Positions 41,301 to 47,026 of a stretch of 64,000 nucleotides of DNA are shown piece by piece. A program made the translations under genes and the position numbers. Source of the stretch: an uncultured Gammaproteobacteria bacterium (GTDB taxonomy: Bacteria; Patescibacteriota; Patescibacteriia; Buchananbacterales; UBA6539); assembly GCA_964540635.1 (NCBI GenBank), contig CAZINP010000003.1:43892-107891 (forward strand). Reading direction: 5' to 3'. The notes under the pieces are model-generated. The model searched no databases, had not been told where the DNA came from, and saw nothing but the letters and a program-made list of their open reading frames with translations. Every line of letters starts with the position of its first letter. Position 1 is the first letter of the stretch.

Positions 41301-43260
41301 ATGGTTACGAAGCGAAAAAGACGGTATGAATGGAGATGTAATTACCAGAGAATTTAGTGTGTATAATTATACAGCCAGAGAAAACGGCATAGATGATGCA
41401 AACATTTCTTATGGAGATATTATTGGTTTTTATGAAATTCGCAGCCCTTATGGATATGGCGCCTGGTGGCAAAATTTTTATCCGGACGAGGGGGGTAAAA
41501 TTGGTAATAATCCGACGGAAGGCTGGTGGAGCACTCCAATGAATGACTGGTCAAGAAAATTTAAAGTTTGTAAAGCTGATGGCGTCTGCGCACCTATATG
41601 TGATGTTGTTAACAGTAAAGTTTCCGGTTGCCCTGAGCCTCAAGGCTGCTATATTTGTCAAGATCCAGGCGCTTGGTCTTCTATTTGTTTGCCAAACCCG
41701 ACTTATACTTACGGTTCTTACACTTGTGGCGTGAGAGAGGACAATTCTTTATGCGCCGGCGTAATTGGTGAGGATAATTGTTGCGTCTCCGGGGAGTCAT
41801 GGTTGCAAGATCGCGCCTGTCCTTTAACTGACGGTTCACAGATCTCAATGAAGGATGATCATTCTTATTCTGCTGGTTTGCGAGTATTTTTAGCTGCGGG
41901 CAATAATAATGGGGCTGATTCCATCTCTGGCTGTGGTGGTCCTGGTGAGGAGTGGGATTGGCGCGCCATTAGATTAAGCGTAACAGATGATGCAAAGTTT
42001 ACAGTTGAGAAGTGTGATAAATATAAGGCAGGCTGCACAGCTGTTAATCCAAAGGGTCCAATTCGTTATGGTGAAATAGTAAGAATCAAGAGTAATAGAA
42101 ATTATTGCCCGGCAGTTGAGGCAGAGACAGGAGTATTTTCTGGGGAAGAGGTTGATGTGGAGTTTGGTGATGGCGTTGCCGCATACTTTAAGCTTTGCAG
42201 TGCGGTGGTTGGCGGAAATTGTGCGCAGAGAGATGATGATATTAATAGTTTAAATTCTTATCCTTATATAAGAAAAGGCGATAAGGTTTACCTGGAAAGG
42301 GCGTCTTGGAATCAAGCAAACAATTGGTGGGCTGGAAATGGAAAATATATAGATTTAAATGAACACAGTGAAGATATAAATGATACTCAGGGCGACAAGG
42401 ATAATAAAAATCCAGTATTATTAAGTTCTGGAAGCGGCGAAGGTTTATTTGTTTGCGACTCAACATTAAATCAATCAAACTGTTATTGCAGGGAATATCC
42501 CGGTACGATAGTTTGTGGGGCAGAATGCAAAGCACCACAGACAAAACCGGCCGATGATTATTGTAATACTTATGTTCCTAATTCTGCCAGACCCGAATGT
42601 GACGGTTGGCATGCTGTCAGTACCGGTAAGCCGGAGTGTGGTCCCTGCAGTGAGTCAAACTGCCAATTGTATTGCGCTAATGCTGACAACGACGGTTGTT
42701 GTAAGGGTAGTGAAACTATCAGCAATGAGTATGCTTGCCCGATCTTATCGGGTAGTGATGTAATTTTATATTCGGTTGGTGGCGGTACTTATATTGATAG
42801 GTATAACGATTGGTATACCTTAGATGCTGATTCCGCTGTGGTTACTAGAATTATGGAAACTACCGGCGGTCGAGACCAAAACTTTACGGTTCATAATTTG
42901 GCAATTTTTGATGGCGCATTTTTTGAGATGGTCGGAGACAATGAGGATAGCCGTATTTGTAATAGAAAATCACTCCATTGGTGGTTGGCGTGGACATCAT
43001 GTGATAATAGTCAGTTTAAACTTCATTTGGTATCTGATTCAAGGCCTGGTATCGCCGGGATTCAACCGGGGTCTATTATTGGCTTGGAAACCGGGACTGA
43101 TACTCCAACTAATCGCAAGTGTTATAGGGTTAGGACAAGCGCCAACTCTAGCAGTTGGGCCGGGTATTTTGATGGCGTTGATTGTCCAACATGGAACGCA
43201 AGCACCGATAATACTTTCTTATTTATCATTCAGGCCAGTAATGGCAATCAAGCTCCTTAA
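26347..43260 (+). CDS. Giant Cys-rich surface protein (5637 aa): pilin N-terminus, IPT/TIG and Big_5-like Ig domains, ~13 CGNG..E.GE.CD repeats, carbohydrate-binding-like modules, pseudopilin-like domain, TSP3 Ca-binding repeats
   Basis: Uninterrupted 16.9-kb ORF; motifs read from the translation (FTPTSGAVGTYVTISGGNFG; YSWVFKT; CGNGVVEPGEECD; NLFKNANFED; DGDTICDNIDNCP..RN.DQ.D.DGD.IGDACD). Confidence 0.85.
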   Translation: MKPKTKIITKKITVLALFAIAIFAIAPVALAADFGLGYGTNLGLGTQDLRVTIMRVVQVALGFLGIIAIILFMYGGWLYLSSAGNEEKISRGKQVLINAVIGLVIIFTSFAIVSFIINFLGSATGSQPPQGFTCTANQCVSCGVRCNDTGDGYVSTSDCSTQEYCSVPPNPACPKPDDIIPTICRIEPVRGVGFGGVPQGYVGDFVTIEGWYLGIFESGVSRVKFDETEASIATCDNNPIWYTNANRYSIIRAIVPSIELGTTNVLIETSASLTSNTKPFIVIEGNPGPGLACLIPPNGKNNDLLTKAEGVRFGDDPDILGGLFFNDNQKSTFVSWSDEIISQPTVPANAVSGQVYVKDADGIQSNGVWFTVSCTENSSCASGCCKSFMCQPDSACQSGVGESCDNDINTTNCEPGSNCADGLVCNSNSCLCDLPGYDQPCDTNLDLPLCQGGSCAAGYYCQESTCTCQEIPTYGEPIIYGFTPTSGAVGTYVTISGGNFGPNKTSAAGHVYFIEGANKVEADYTLIKECADTFWHNTQIVVKVPAGLVNGNQYIIEVENSEGKFDTSGLNPSVFTVDENLIRPNICKITPDNGPIYQDVEIYGENLNPSAAPVSSVIFSSNVVQSNFTLSTNDIFASVPAGSVSGLVKAKNSKDNESNGLYFQVGACVVGGCQSGYECCQGGRYNLSCMPEGGCYAAVSNSSYDWTFTTGARPGNCSNDSGICIPNNDMCSAGYTCDTQTCNCTPTGTFNCSNKAYPVCEPNSDLCPDNQFCGATCTCLAKIPCDGNVATPACQPSDDICRSVDSSLSCDPETCYCDTGFSATKAAYDWTFNSYTEGPQVVDECNRTPECAKVCANDRSITCSQDSDCGADGPCIKAFSSPSPKYNRDGEVYANSQISVSFDQEILPSTVNSNTIKLYRCNQDSGFLSASCSVITVSSYLVFDWDYGIIDANGVIINPVNSLEAGYWYKAEVTAGVIGRNGFAAAPYSWLFKIKAGTGSVGCATCQPGYATLFARYDGNCSGVGDPDCQPYLGQAWDQDHVCVMLKPETLTWNWNLLNETDKRASIFNRATSQPAYPNDEDAYLSSVSGQGFDVIDVYARKETLTNPVKVATEINGLPSQAYQYGENICDLSVDLSTPIVVKRWPDCNGACTNASVGAAFSIPMNSSSITASGAVVLYACADNANCRPGYGVCSVTGNYCNAAKGTGCGTGETCQALDYDQVSVPLNFNQLGAVVNGYANSYLADSPCFDINADGKTDYCLLPNTYYRVILRNTIEATNGKKLGKLNYDDALYNGLSELGIKDSYSWVFRTQDNMCAPGRISVQPEERHMSIYEVQKYASYPYTSPDSCDAQGQPLIAASFVWEWQSKYCQIADLFSSSYGGYLNTHTFFAVPPGCTKVTSQYATLRSGCGNGVVGLGEDCDDGNIFNQDGCSSTCLNEGVSTMPNYNFSFDGIPTISSNTNEFPFESTSFSLLRNYPLNGTARSGFGSSQNLGVNNSGVIYAQSDNGRSGLMRDNWVSADHYFVSANIKLPQNTENINDVGLIFGYLSNNSNYFAAIWSSLGYSAMADYQQLKIIKAASGLPQSVANTQKIPADQNWHEIKVEVINYDFSADIKLYFDDNLYLTYKSNTRVVGNAGIYAYDTDGQVLFDNLKIYGDDLPICGNGILEKGEECEKDQAGNFGPYCTLGCLNSGNAASGAVCGNGVVEPGEECDNGNEPNNNEADGCTNTCILSGFTLSNMCGNGIVDKGEACDNGDFTRYTCLNNPSQVCDPNDDTACGNQKALCTNRAKSGDGCTGYYQSVAFPENISGHSCSTMTETQCKTFSETSSDNHAKYCYWTGTECRIRPCISETSTAQGNDRYDISICGNGLVEAGEECDYGSLCQTSYGGVARCTSLNASTVCASGICGQGVCQAKTSTGYITNQYVACTEENAGDLCYSGSCELPANSYLPGCTSNCLNAGSVSDNRSHQIAQGLADGQTEVQAWTSEFKPSSGGPMGIGKLFVGAWGQPEDFYVIDQWPNCFTACLNADIGAQFSQYVNTASLTTSDNIKLYECRTDSGCNLANATKISGLSVIPFTIKTNSDNRIDAVQLLLPNSYNPVNHDNNPSTAPIPALLPDSYYRVVISKNVRTDSNPPKNLQYLNFNDPTVGSGTENDSYSWVFKTQNKNNFCALSSVKVLPQTWQMFTGNKRQLYFSRPISKPDECSVNGQLLNPFYFDWRWDDVEMSQDNGNFINGADILIDTLDEFLKKVINGGTLPTTPPTAGGYLKDGCGNGVVEFGEDCDPGLQSIEGCSNTCQHAGSGACSPTVSTNCCGNSIIEPGEECEPFVNGGFCTSNGLLCDPFLDPNSCPGGTCLYLCDSRCRFAGNTNTQANCGDGVISPIEICDGKLGDDSDGCSDYCQPSGAVPATGSTCGNGIIEKGEECDGGELASGNIPLSFDGNNCSGIKNKTGVSGGCTNYSTETQCQSWKGCYWSGNECKHRPCIIENRNVAVCRNSENLSVDFKQNYNACKPGYTSIFLNTLTGTSLTNRPVCGNGVVEPGEECDLGGWCIDEETNNFKTCTTYNAVGCRNNICLTYSYYCSVDGLPIDGATTLGACSAEGICDSNKNCVVAGPGGSEIEYPKSTCTTIGAACSISGTGYVNGCSSNCVYNGSRYDDGINDPYQIVQSVGVFSNTVLTEVNEEIRAWHALQPDRVGVGELTILASANVPFTVVGHQPKARGLDPTNQCRNVGIWAILSRPLDATSVTAENLYLGKQGVEDNLIKSYSVLPVSGSCNENHRCVYPGAEDSPLETSYCYVNSDCVGSKIVINEIEGVYLDGNSSYVLRFKQSLKAQDGSNLQELNYSDQDLKNYTIWGFDTSADFCSCNYVGVNILNTTGQAFTTKDYFTCAGDNCGSNTYKVLFDDDYKPKAMCRLSGQEAKFACDTSKSAVDQCGTGGTCSLYSAMAGNQHLYNANCYDTEYSEGTDIPVGLGTAYDFAEIDPQKLIYLTGVDEKTVDCTNVNGQCLVTPGDNQVPAGKNGDSQVMVSGKQYMDNNNQICTPTEANAQTCLLRRSAHQTIDITNFICDNPWPALGSFPYTDSNASGNSPTNSVTPYYNFTMYYCRDYGKEGFDDDLPSLNINGPVFGSRGDVLKEFLFPVGTDVVINAPGSPKRGVDFLSNDCTQAGMGGIVPSNTDAYRCNVNSHFRYKFTGVEKGYYKLVYQTYNYGSGSMNSLDLYGLKMCDKNKNGYINTGGATGETTPCNTQADCASLGTGIACLPVTQEIDVYHVNVNDTVPIARISAIPRAYDNMQSNEVPVLLEAGDHTFRFRWINDWNVTVDGKYYDSNLIINKVSLIKVENEATSDAIGLRILPNTLHLSASTWYNTGLCGAQVGSGVENICYSNNDCAGINLFKNANFEDTTKPWVYEYNTLSPNVYHNQPGEIIAGGRSGKADKLAGQSTVTTWGYQIKYPSPFDLPAGNYVYSAWIKSQDGGKVGITVQETTGWSHLCSNKDCTIRGDSVVCANTDNEWHKVTCTFSLAKKTQVQMAVRADDEAKTFLVDDVSLTTGCNFNLPSRGTAQPLTFDGYNAASDGRSLYVNATNFNGTNLFSNIFLLSYTQNASESTKEIFRRLSDQTNTLGGLSFNANMTSHRLCSGVGLYEKTSFICNQVGVATDCRGYNSQSLCESEANLKNGCYWSETDKICSGRMCLPIYCQSDKDCPNLICDNQKGGAVRDNLRFGNLRDMQLTLERSYKSNGSYPKLSAGTYIASTTFAVWPSWQATLGSGIGSTLPSDPLNYFTGCVASYCDTNENGTLETAETTSCLPYNVTSCNNKPQNCLPTEVDPDRVKTCWDEKAKEFSCPQEMYTYAYRSSEGGKEYELYTNFEFITSGWVSNATGYQLPFYGTQECKKLNFEIHQTRDRVSTPIEDSSCAIKHCWGASGILTGLRDGWTYGQNNTNDCEGTRPACPSGYRCTGDADSDGVCDEGLSDNCAPLLMCSANAKDCYNPDQRDSNGDGRGDVCDQTCSGDKDGDTICDNIDNCPTVRNTDQLDHDGDTIGDACDPCTDMDSDGYWDYKTAANDEKVCPQDNCSPFYNGYCQSSAGDRNGQRCHSTSDCVAGFNNTCFIPFTSSFGVSNDRPKYCIKTVDGKELFASKEVCSTACPTGYTCKQALDSSTRYFNPNQEDYDNSGRGYICNDCLDYDQDGLGDWTFYAKSSDVATAVNLTFDQKEHFAGCRADQRAFVGFGTPSPATDLDNCPGGPYSKKCYDNFGVETLCSNPPTNWSDENNNSYVNSQADIDLNHYGDICDPSGDGRLDPGEACDCGDLAISQDEQNPFQCTTLNDVECAHSERYGDCCKYCATDLATGQHYIAQSCGPRLGDGIVNGSEECDCGENQIIRDSITDPPNIDATATSGISCLTFDTARTPRTIFNGIDCGPITQNGVFQWSMDGYSCQWCDMGRIEETTGPYFGDGIVDTDVSGGLEQCDCGDAAPISTDTNNSFCVYGTYNYYGETRTGNYWTLTETAVLFNETETITRNIPCISKCSSFNGQPCTPQERCDGVCGYCRANDTNTGSIEDYSGHLCLPCSSVECNSICINLPNDGCCRDGETADNEYGCPFKVGDQILIKTRENNTACGSNEDKPWCHPSIFLKAKTRLATDPGIFGDGTSASPFYFFKVLPGDEDDCRVNNNRIPELGSDVKTGDCIKFEITSINGKNKVSIGSDGWITVGDNFASWVINIVDGMPLKVGSIISLKQAGQSDDKFWSTRWKNVVTLFGEDTPVGTADKDQDWEKFKICNRANICSNQELIQETCTPPATGEVDSCANKYTGCHRCVAISENLNICSEYNYTWNPDLVITPILLCSGANRDYCCNESLCNGNPNDSAKYDIDCDGVKINEPISLNAVVESNGVDGFEFLTGGTNSSDYVHTKGTGENLTNYRFVAAISRACRSDRDTVIRMPGAGNAVTGGGDDNIRDGDCISLEANAGALVMNDESFWNNKKWLRSEKDGMNGDVITREFSVYNYTARENGIDDANISYGDIIGFYEIRSPYGYGAWWQNFYPDEGGKIGNNPTEGWWSTPMNDWSRKFKVCKADGVCAPICDVVNSKVSGCPEPQGCYICQDPGAWSSICLPNPTYTYGSYTCGVREDNSLCAGVIGEDNCCVSGESWLQDRACPLTDGSQISMKDDHSYSAGLRVFLAAGNNNGADSISGCGGPGEEWDWRAIRLSVTDDAKFTVEKCDKYKAGCTAVNPKGPIRYGEIVRIKSNRNYCPAVEAETGVFSGEEVDVEFGDGVAAYFKLCSAVVGGNCAQRDDDINSLNSYPYIRKGDKVYLERASWNQANNWWAGNGKYIDLNEHSEDINDTQGDKDNKNPVLLSSGSGEGLFVCDSTLNQSNCYCREYPGTIVCGAECKAPQTKPADDYCNTYVPNSARPECDGWHAVSTGKPECGPCSESNCQLYCANADNDGCCKGSETISNEYACPILSGSDVILYSVGGGTYIDRYNDWYTLDADSAVVTRIMETTGGRDQNFTVHNLAIFDGAFFEMVGDNEDSRICNRKSLHWWLAWTSCDNSQFKLHLVSDSRPGIAGIQPGSIIGLETGTDTPTNRKCYRVRTSANSSSWAGYFDGVDCPTWNASTDNTFLFIIQASNGNQAP
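31445..31487 (+). repeat. 43-bp perfect direct repeat, copy 1
   Basis: cggtttgcggcaatggcgtggttgagccgggcgaagaatgcga, identical to 33944-33986. Confidence 0.9.
33944..33986 (+). repeat. 43-bp perfect direct repeat, copy 2
   Basis: Identical to 31445-31487; offset 2499 bp (in frame). Confidence 0.9.
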
Positions 43261-43286
43261 TTTTAAAATATTTAATTATATTAATT

Positions 43287-44033
43287 ATGTTTGACCAACC
43301 ATTAAATCCAAATTCTAATCAAAATTCACAACCACAGCCGCCGATGGCGGGCGCGGGTTCGCCTATGCCCAAAAGAGAAATGTTTGACGAGCCGGAAGAT
43401 ATTTTGGGCGATGTTGATCGCATTCAACCGGCTAAACCCCAAGTCCCAAGACCGACGGTTTCTGCTTTTGGCACCAAACCAAGCCCAATTTTAAATCCGT
43501 TAGCTGCCACGCCAGCCATGCCGATGGAGAAAAAATCATCCGGCCTTGGGTTTTTAGCTAACTGGAAAAAGATTTTAGTGGTAATTGTCGGGATCGTTGT
43601 TGTTGGCGGTTTTTTAAGTGCGGCGGGTTATTATGCATTTTCGTTTATTTCTAATTTAACCGCCTCAAAACAACCCGTGGTTAACGTTAATCAAAACACC
43701 AATGCCTCAGTTCCGGTTAATGTTAATACTAATGCTGGCGTCGTTGATCAAACGCCGACCCAGCCCTCAGTAGTTGACACCCAACCGGAAGTAGCAGTTG
43801 ATACCGATAAAGACGGCTTGCTTGATTCAGAAGAAAGATTATATGGCACTGATATAACCAAAGCCGATACTGACAATGATGGCTTAACTGACAGGGACGA
43901 GGTTAAAGTCTTTAAGACCGATCCAAATAATCCGGATACGGACGGAGATACTTATATAGACGGCAAGGAGGTTTTATCTGGTTATGATCCCAAAGGACCG
44001 GGTAAGCTTTTAAAGATCCCGACTGAAGAATAA
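43287..44033 (+). CDS. Single-pass membrane protein with bacterial TSP3-type Ca-binding repeats
   Basis: Pro-rich N-terminus, TM helix, DTDKDGLLDSEE / DTDNDGLTDRDE / DTDGDTYIDGKE. Confidence 0.8.
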   Translation: MFDQPLNPNSNQNSQPQPPMAGAGSPMPKREMFDEPEDILGDVDRIQPAKPQVPRPTVSAFGTKPSPILNPLAATPAMPMEKKSSGLGFLANWKKILVVIVGIVVVGGFLSAAGYYAFSFISNLTASKQPVVNVNQNTNASVPVNVNTNAGVVDQTPTQPSVVDTQPEVAVDTDKDGLLDSEERLYGTDITKADTDNDGLTDRDEVKVFKTDPNNPDTDGDTYIDGKEVLSGYDPKGPGKLLKIPTEE

Positions 44034-44041
44034 GGGAGAAG

Positions 44042-44172
44042 ATCACAAATTTCAACTTGCAAGTCCCAACATTGGTATTTAGGTGCTTGGAACTTGATAA
44101 GAGTTTAAGATTTGTAATTTGGAATTTGTTTGGACCTTGTTATTTGATGCTTGGAATTTATTTTTGGAATTT
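44042..44172. repeat. Degenerate heptamer repeat element (NNNNCAA x4, then multiple TTGNNNN)
   Basis: atcacaa atttcaa cttgcaa gtcccaa ... ttggtat, ttggaac ttgataa, ttgtaat ttggaat, ttggacc ttgttat ttgatgc ttggaat. Confidence 0.65.
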
Positions 44173-44209
44173 TTAATTTATTTTCCCACAACCTACTCAC
44201 TAATACTTT

Positions 44210-45175
44210 ATGTTTTTCAAACCGAAAAAAAAACCGGAAATCACTCCGGAAAAAGAAGCCTCAGAAAAGCTGGATCAGAATTTGATCAAGCAAGTTCATG
44301 TTATGCCCTCACGTTATTATCTGCCACCCAAAAAAAGCAATTTGGGTTTGGTTGTTATGATTATCATTGGTTTATTGATAATTTTGGTTTTAGCCGTTGC
44401 CGCCTTTTATTTAAATGAAACCTTAAAAAAAGCTTCACAGTCTAATGTTGTTCAAACTCAAACACAAGAGATGACTGAAGTGGTGCCAGAGCCGCAAGTT
44501 CAGGTGCCGGTTGAAGAAGTCCTTGAGCCAACCACTACGCCGGAGCTCATTGAGCAGCCGCTTGAACCAACCAGCACCCCAGCCGTAGAAGAGGAGAAAG
44601 AAGAGGAGCCGGCATCGGTTGGACCGTCGGTTGATTCTGATAATGATAATTTAAGTGATGCCGAAGAAGCGCTCTTGGGCACTAACCCTAAAAATTCTGA
44701 TACGGATAGTGACGGCTACCCGGATGGAAGCGAAGTGCTTTCCGGATATGACCCCAAGCTAGCCAATAAGAAATTATCCGCTTCCGGTCTTTTTAATAAT
44801 TATAGCAACGATCAATTTTTAACGATTTATCCGACCACTTGGCGCACAAGAGAGAATGATAATACCGGCTCGGAAGTTTTATTCATCTCCGGCAGCGGCC
44901 AATTTTTTGAAGTTCTAGTCCTTGATAATCCGGCTGAATTAAGTTTGAGTGAATGGTTGAATTCGGAATTTGAGCAGAATTTGCCCCAGACCATTGCCCA
45001 AAAAGTTAACGAGTTTGATGTTTTAAAGGAAGCAGACGGTTTGACATACTATTTAATGAATCCGGCATCTCCGGAAAAGATTTATCTTTTGACTTACAAT
45101 ATTGGCAGTGCTACCCAGGCCGATTATACAACGTTGTTTGTTACCATGGTAAAAAATTTCAAGCAAGTTAAATAG
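44210..45175 (+). CDS. Single-pass membrane protein with TSP3-type repeats and C-terminal PsbP-like domain
   Basis: VHVMP motif, TM helix, Pro/Glu linker, DSDNDNLSDAEE..GT.P...DTDSDGYPDGSE, IYPTTW...MVKNF. Confidence 0.75.
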   Translation: MFFKPKKKPEITPEKEASEKLDQNLIKQVHVMPSRYYLPPKKSNLGLVVMIIIGLLIILVLAVAAFYLNETLKKASQSNVVQTQTQEMTEVVPEPQVQVPVEEVLEPTTTPELIEQPLEPTSTPAVEEEKEEEPASVGPSVDSDNDNLSDAEEALLGTNPKNSDTDSDGYPDGSEVLSGYDPKLANKKLSASGLFNNYSNDQFLTIYPTTWRTRENDNTGSEVLFISGSGQFFEVLVLDNPAELSLSEWLNSEFEQNLPQTIAQKVNEFDVLKEADGLTYYLMNPASPEKIYLLTYNIGSATQADYTTLFVTMVKNFKQVK

Positions 45176-45177
45176 GT

Positions 45178-45606
45178 ATGAAAATTGATTTTTCTGTTAA
45201 TCAGCAAAGCGGTCCCAAAATTCCAGTTAGTTTTTGGCAAAAATCATGCAAAAAAATAGAGAAAAATATTAAGATAAAGTCAAAAGTGGAAGTTTCAATT
45301 GCCGTAATCGGTTCGGATAAGATAAGAACCTTAAATAGAATGTATCGCAAGAAAGACAAGCCAACAGATGTTTTGAGTTTTGAAGCAGTCAAGGATTTTA
45401 GGGGTAGAGATTATCTTGGAGAAGTGATTATTTGTTATCCCAAGGCGCTATCACAGGCCAAAAAGAGGGGAGTAAATGTTTTAGCCGAGATTGAGTTTTT
45501 GCTTGTACACGGTTTTTTGCACTTGATTGGTTTTGATCATCAAAATTTAGCGGAAGAAAAGAAGATGGACGTGCTTCATGAAAAAATTATAAAAACAAAA
45601 ATATAA
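45178..45606 (+). CDS. ybeY: rRNA maturation endoribonuclease YbeY
   Basis: LNRMYRKKDKPTDVLSF, LGEVII, HGFLHLIGFDH. Confidence 0.95.
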   Translation: MKIDFSVNQQSGPKIPVSFWQKSCKKIEKNIKIKSKVEVSIAVIGSDKIRTLNRMYRKKDKPTDVLSFEAVKDFRGRDYLGEVIICYPKALSQAKKRGVNVLAEIEFLLVHGFLHLIGFDHQNLAEEKKMDVLHEKIIKTKI

Positions 45607-45618
45607 AATAAAAACAAA

Positions 45619-45703
45619 ATTACAAGTTAAAAGTCACAAATTTTTTAAGTTTGAGATTTTAAATTTGTAATTTATTTATTTACTTTGAATATTTCACTTT
45701 TTG
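45619..45703. repeat. Second, more degenerate heptamer element
   Basis: attacaa gttaaaa gtcacaa ... tttgaga ttttaaa tttgtaa. Confidence 0.4.
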
Positions 45704-45769
45704 TGTTAAAATAATTAATATCAAAATTGACTTTTCCCCAATTCAGGGGTGAGGCAATAACCTAAAATT

Positions 45770-47002
45770 ATGGCAGAAAATGATATCATTGCTGGTTTAG
45801 ACATCGGCTCATCGGCAATTCGAATTGCGGTGGGTCAGGTTGTCGGTGATCAGGAAAAAATTCAAATTATCGGTTCGGCCGAAGTGCCGGCTGAGGGCAT
45901 TTCAAAGGGGATAATCTCTAGCATTGAAGATGCGGTTTCTTGCATTTCTGCCTGTCGGGAAAAGGCCGAAAGAATGACCGGCGCTTCTGTTGATAGTGTT
46001 TGGGCTGGTGTTTCCGGTTCTCATATAATTTCTCAAGAAAGCCATGGTACGGTTGCGGTTTCGCGCTCAGACGGGGAAATATCCGAAGACGACGTAGAGC
46101 GCGCCGTAGAAGCGGCCAGAACCGTTGCTACACCTCAAAATTACGAAATATTGCACGTTATTCCTAAGAATTTTACGGTTGACGGCCAAGGTGGCATAAA
46201 AGATCCGGTTGGCATGACCGGCGTTAGATTAGAGGTTGACACTCAGATTATTCAGGGTCTAAGTTCGCAGATTAAAAACATTTCAAAAGCGGTTTATCGT
46301 CCGGGTTTACAGGTTCAGGATTTGGTTTTATCAATCTTGGCAACCGGTGAAGCCGTTTTATCAAATCGCCAAAAAGAATTGGGCGTGGCCGTTATTAACA
46401 TCGGTGGTTCCACGACCAGTTTGGCGATTTTTGAAGAAGGCGATATTTTACACACTACGGTTTTGCCCATTGGTTCCGATCATATCACTTCTGATATTGC
46501 TATTGGTTTGCGCATCCCGATTGATTTGGCCGAAAAAATAAAATTAGAATATGGTACAGCTGATTCCGAAGGTATCTCCAAAAGAGAGGAAATTGATATT
46601 GGTGCCTTGGAGGGAGGAGAGGCCAATTATGTTTCCAGAAAGTATATTGGTGAGATTACTGAGGCTAGAGTTGAAGAGATTTTTGAAAAGATTGACAACG
46701 AGTTGAAAAAGATTGATAAGAGTGGTAAACTACCCGCAGGCATTGTTTTAACCGGTGGTGGCGCTAAGCTAAATGGCCTGGTTGAAGCCGCTAAAAAATA
46801 CTTAAGGTTGCCGGCAGTTATGGGTCAACCGGTTAATGTTACAAGCGCGATTGATAAAGTGGGCGATCCGGCCTTTGCTACTGTTATTGGTTTGGTTTTG
46901 TGGGGCAAGCAGATGCAAGGTCAGGGTGGAGGAGGCGGGTTGAATAAATTTTTTGAACAGTTGCCCGGTTTAGGTAAAATTAAAAAACTTTTTAGAAAAT
47001 AA
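45770..47002 (+). CDS. ftsA: Cell division protein FtsA
   Basis: GLDIGSS, KDPVGMTGVRLEV, NIGGSTT, VLTGGGAKL, amphipathic C-tail. Confidence 0.96.
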   Translation: MAENDIIAGLDIGSSAIRIAVGQVVGDQEKIQIIGSAEVPAEGISKGIISSIEDAVSCISACREKAERMTGASVDSVWAGVSGSHIISQESHGTVAVSRSDGEISEDDVERAVEAARTVATPQNYEILHVIPKNFTVDGQGGIKDPVGMTGVRLEVDTQIIQGLSSQIKNISKAVYRPGLQVQDLVLSILATGEAVLSNRQKELGVAVINIGGSTTSLAIFEEGDILHTTVLPIGSDHITSDIAIGLRIPIDLAEKIKLEYGTADSEGISKREEIDIGALEGGEANYVSRKYIGEITEARVEEIFEKIDNELKKIDKSGKLPAGIVLTGGGAKLNGLVEAAKKYLRLPAVMGQPVNVTSAIDKVGDPAFATVIGLVLWGKQMQGQGGGGGLNKFFEQLPGLGKIKKLFRK

Positions 47003-47026
47003 TACTTATCAAAATATTTTGTTAAT

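Noticed and set aside
26347-43260. Many 60-190 aa alternative-frame and antisense ORFs within the giant gene
   Set aside because: Expected by-products of codon bias in a Cys/Gly/Asp-rich gene; they have no motifs or expression signals
44119-44418. 99-aa ORF MEFVWTLLFDAWNLF...
   Set aside because: It is a translation of the heptamer repeat element and overlaps the real gene at 44210 out of frame
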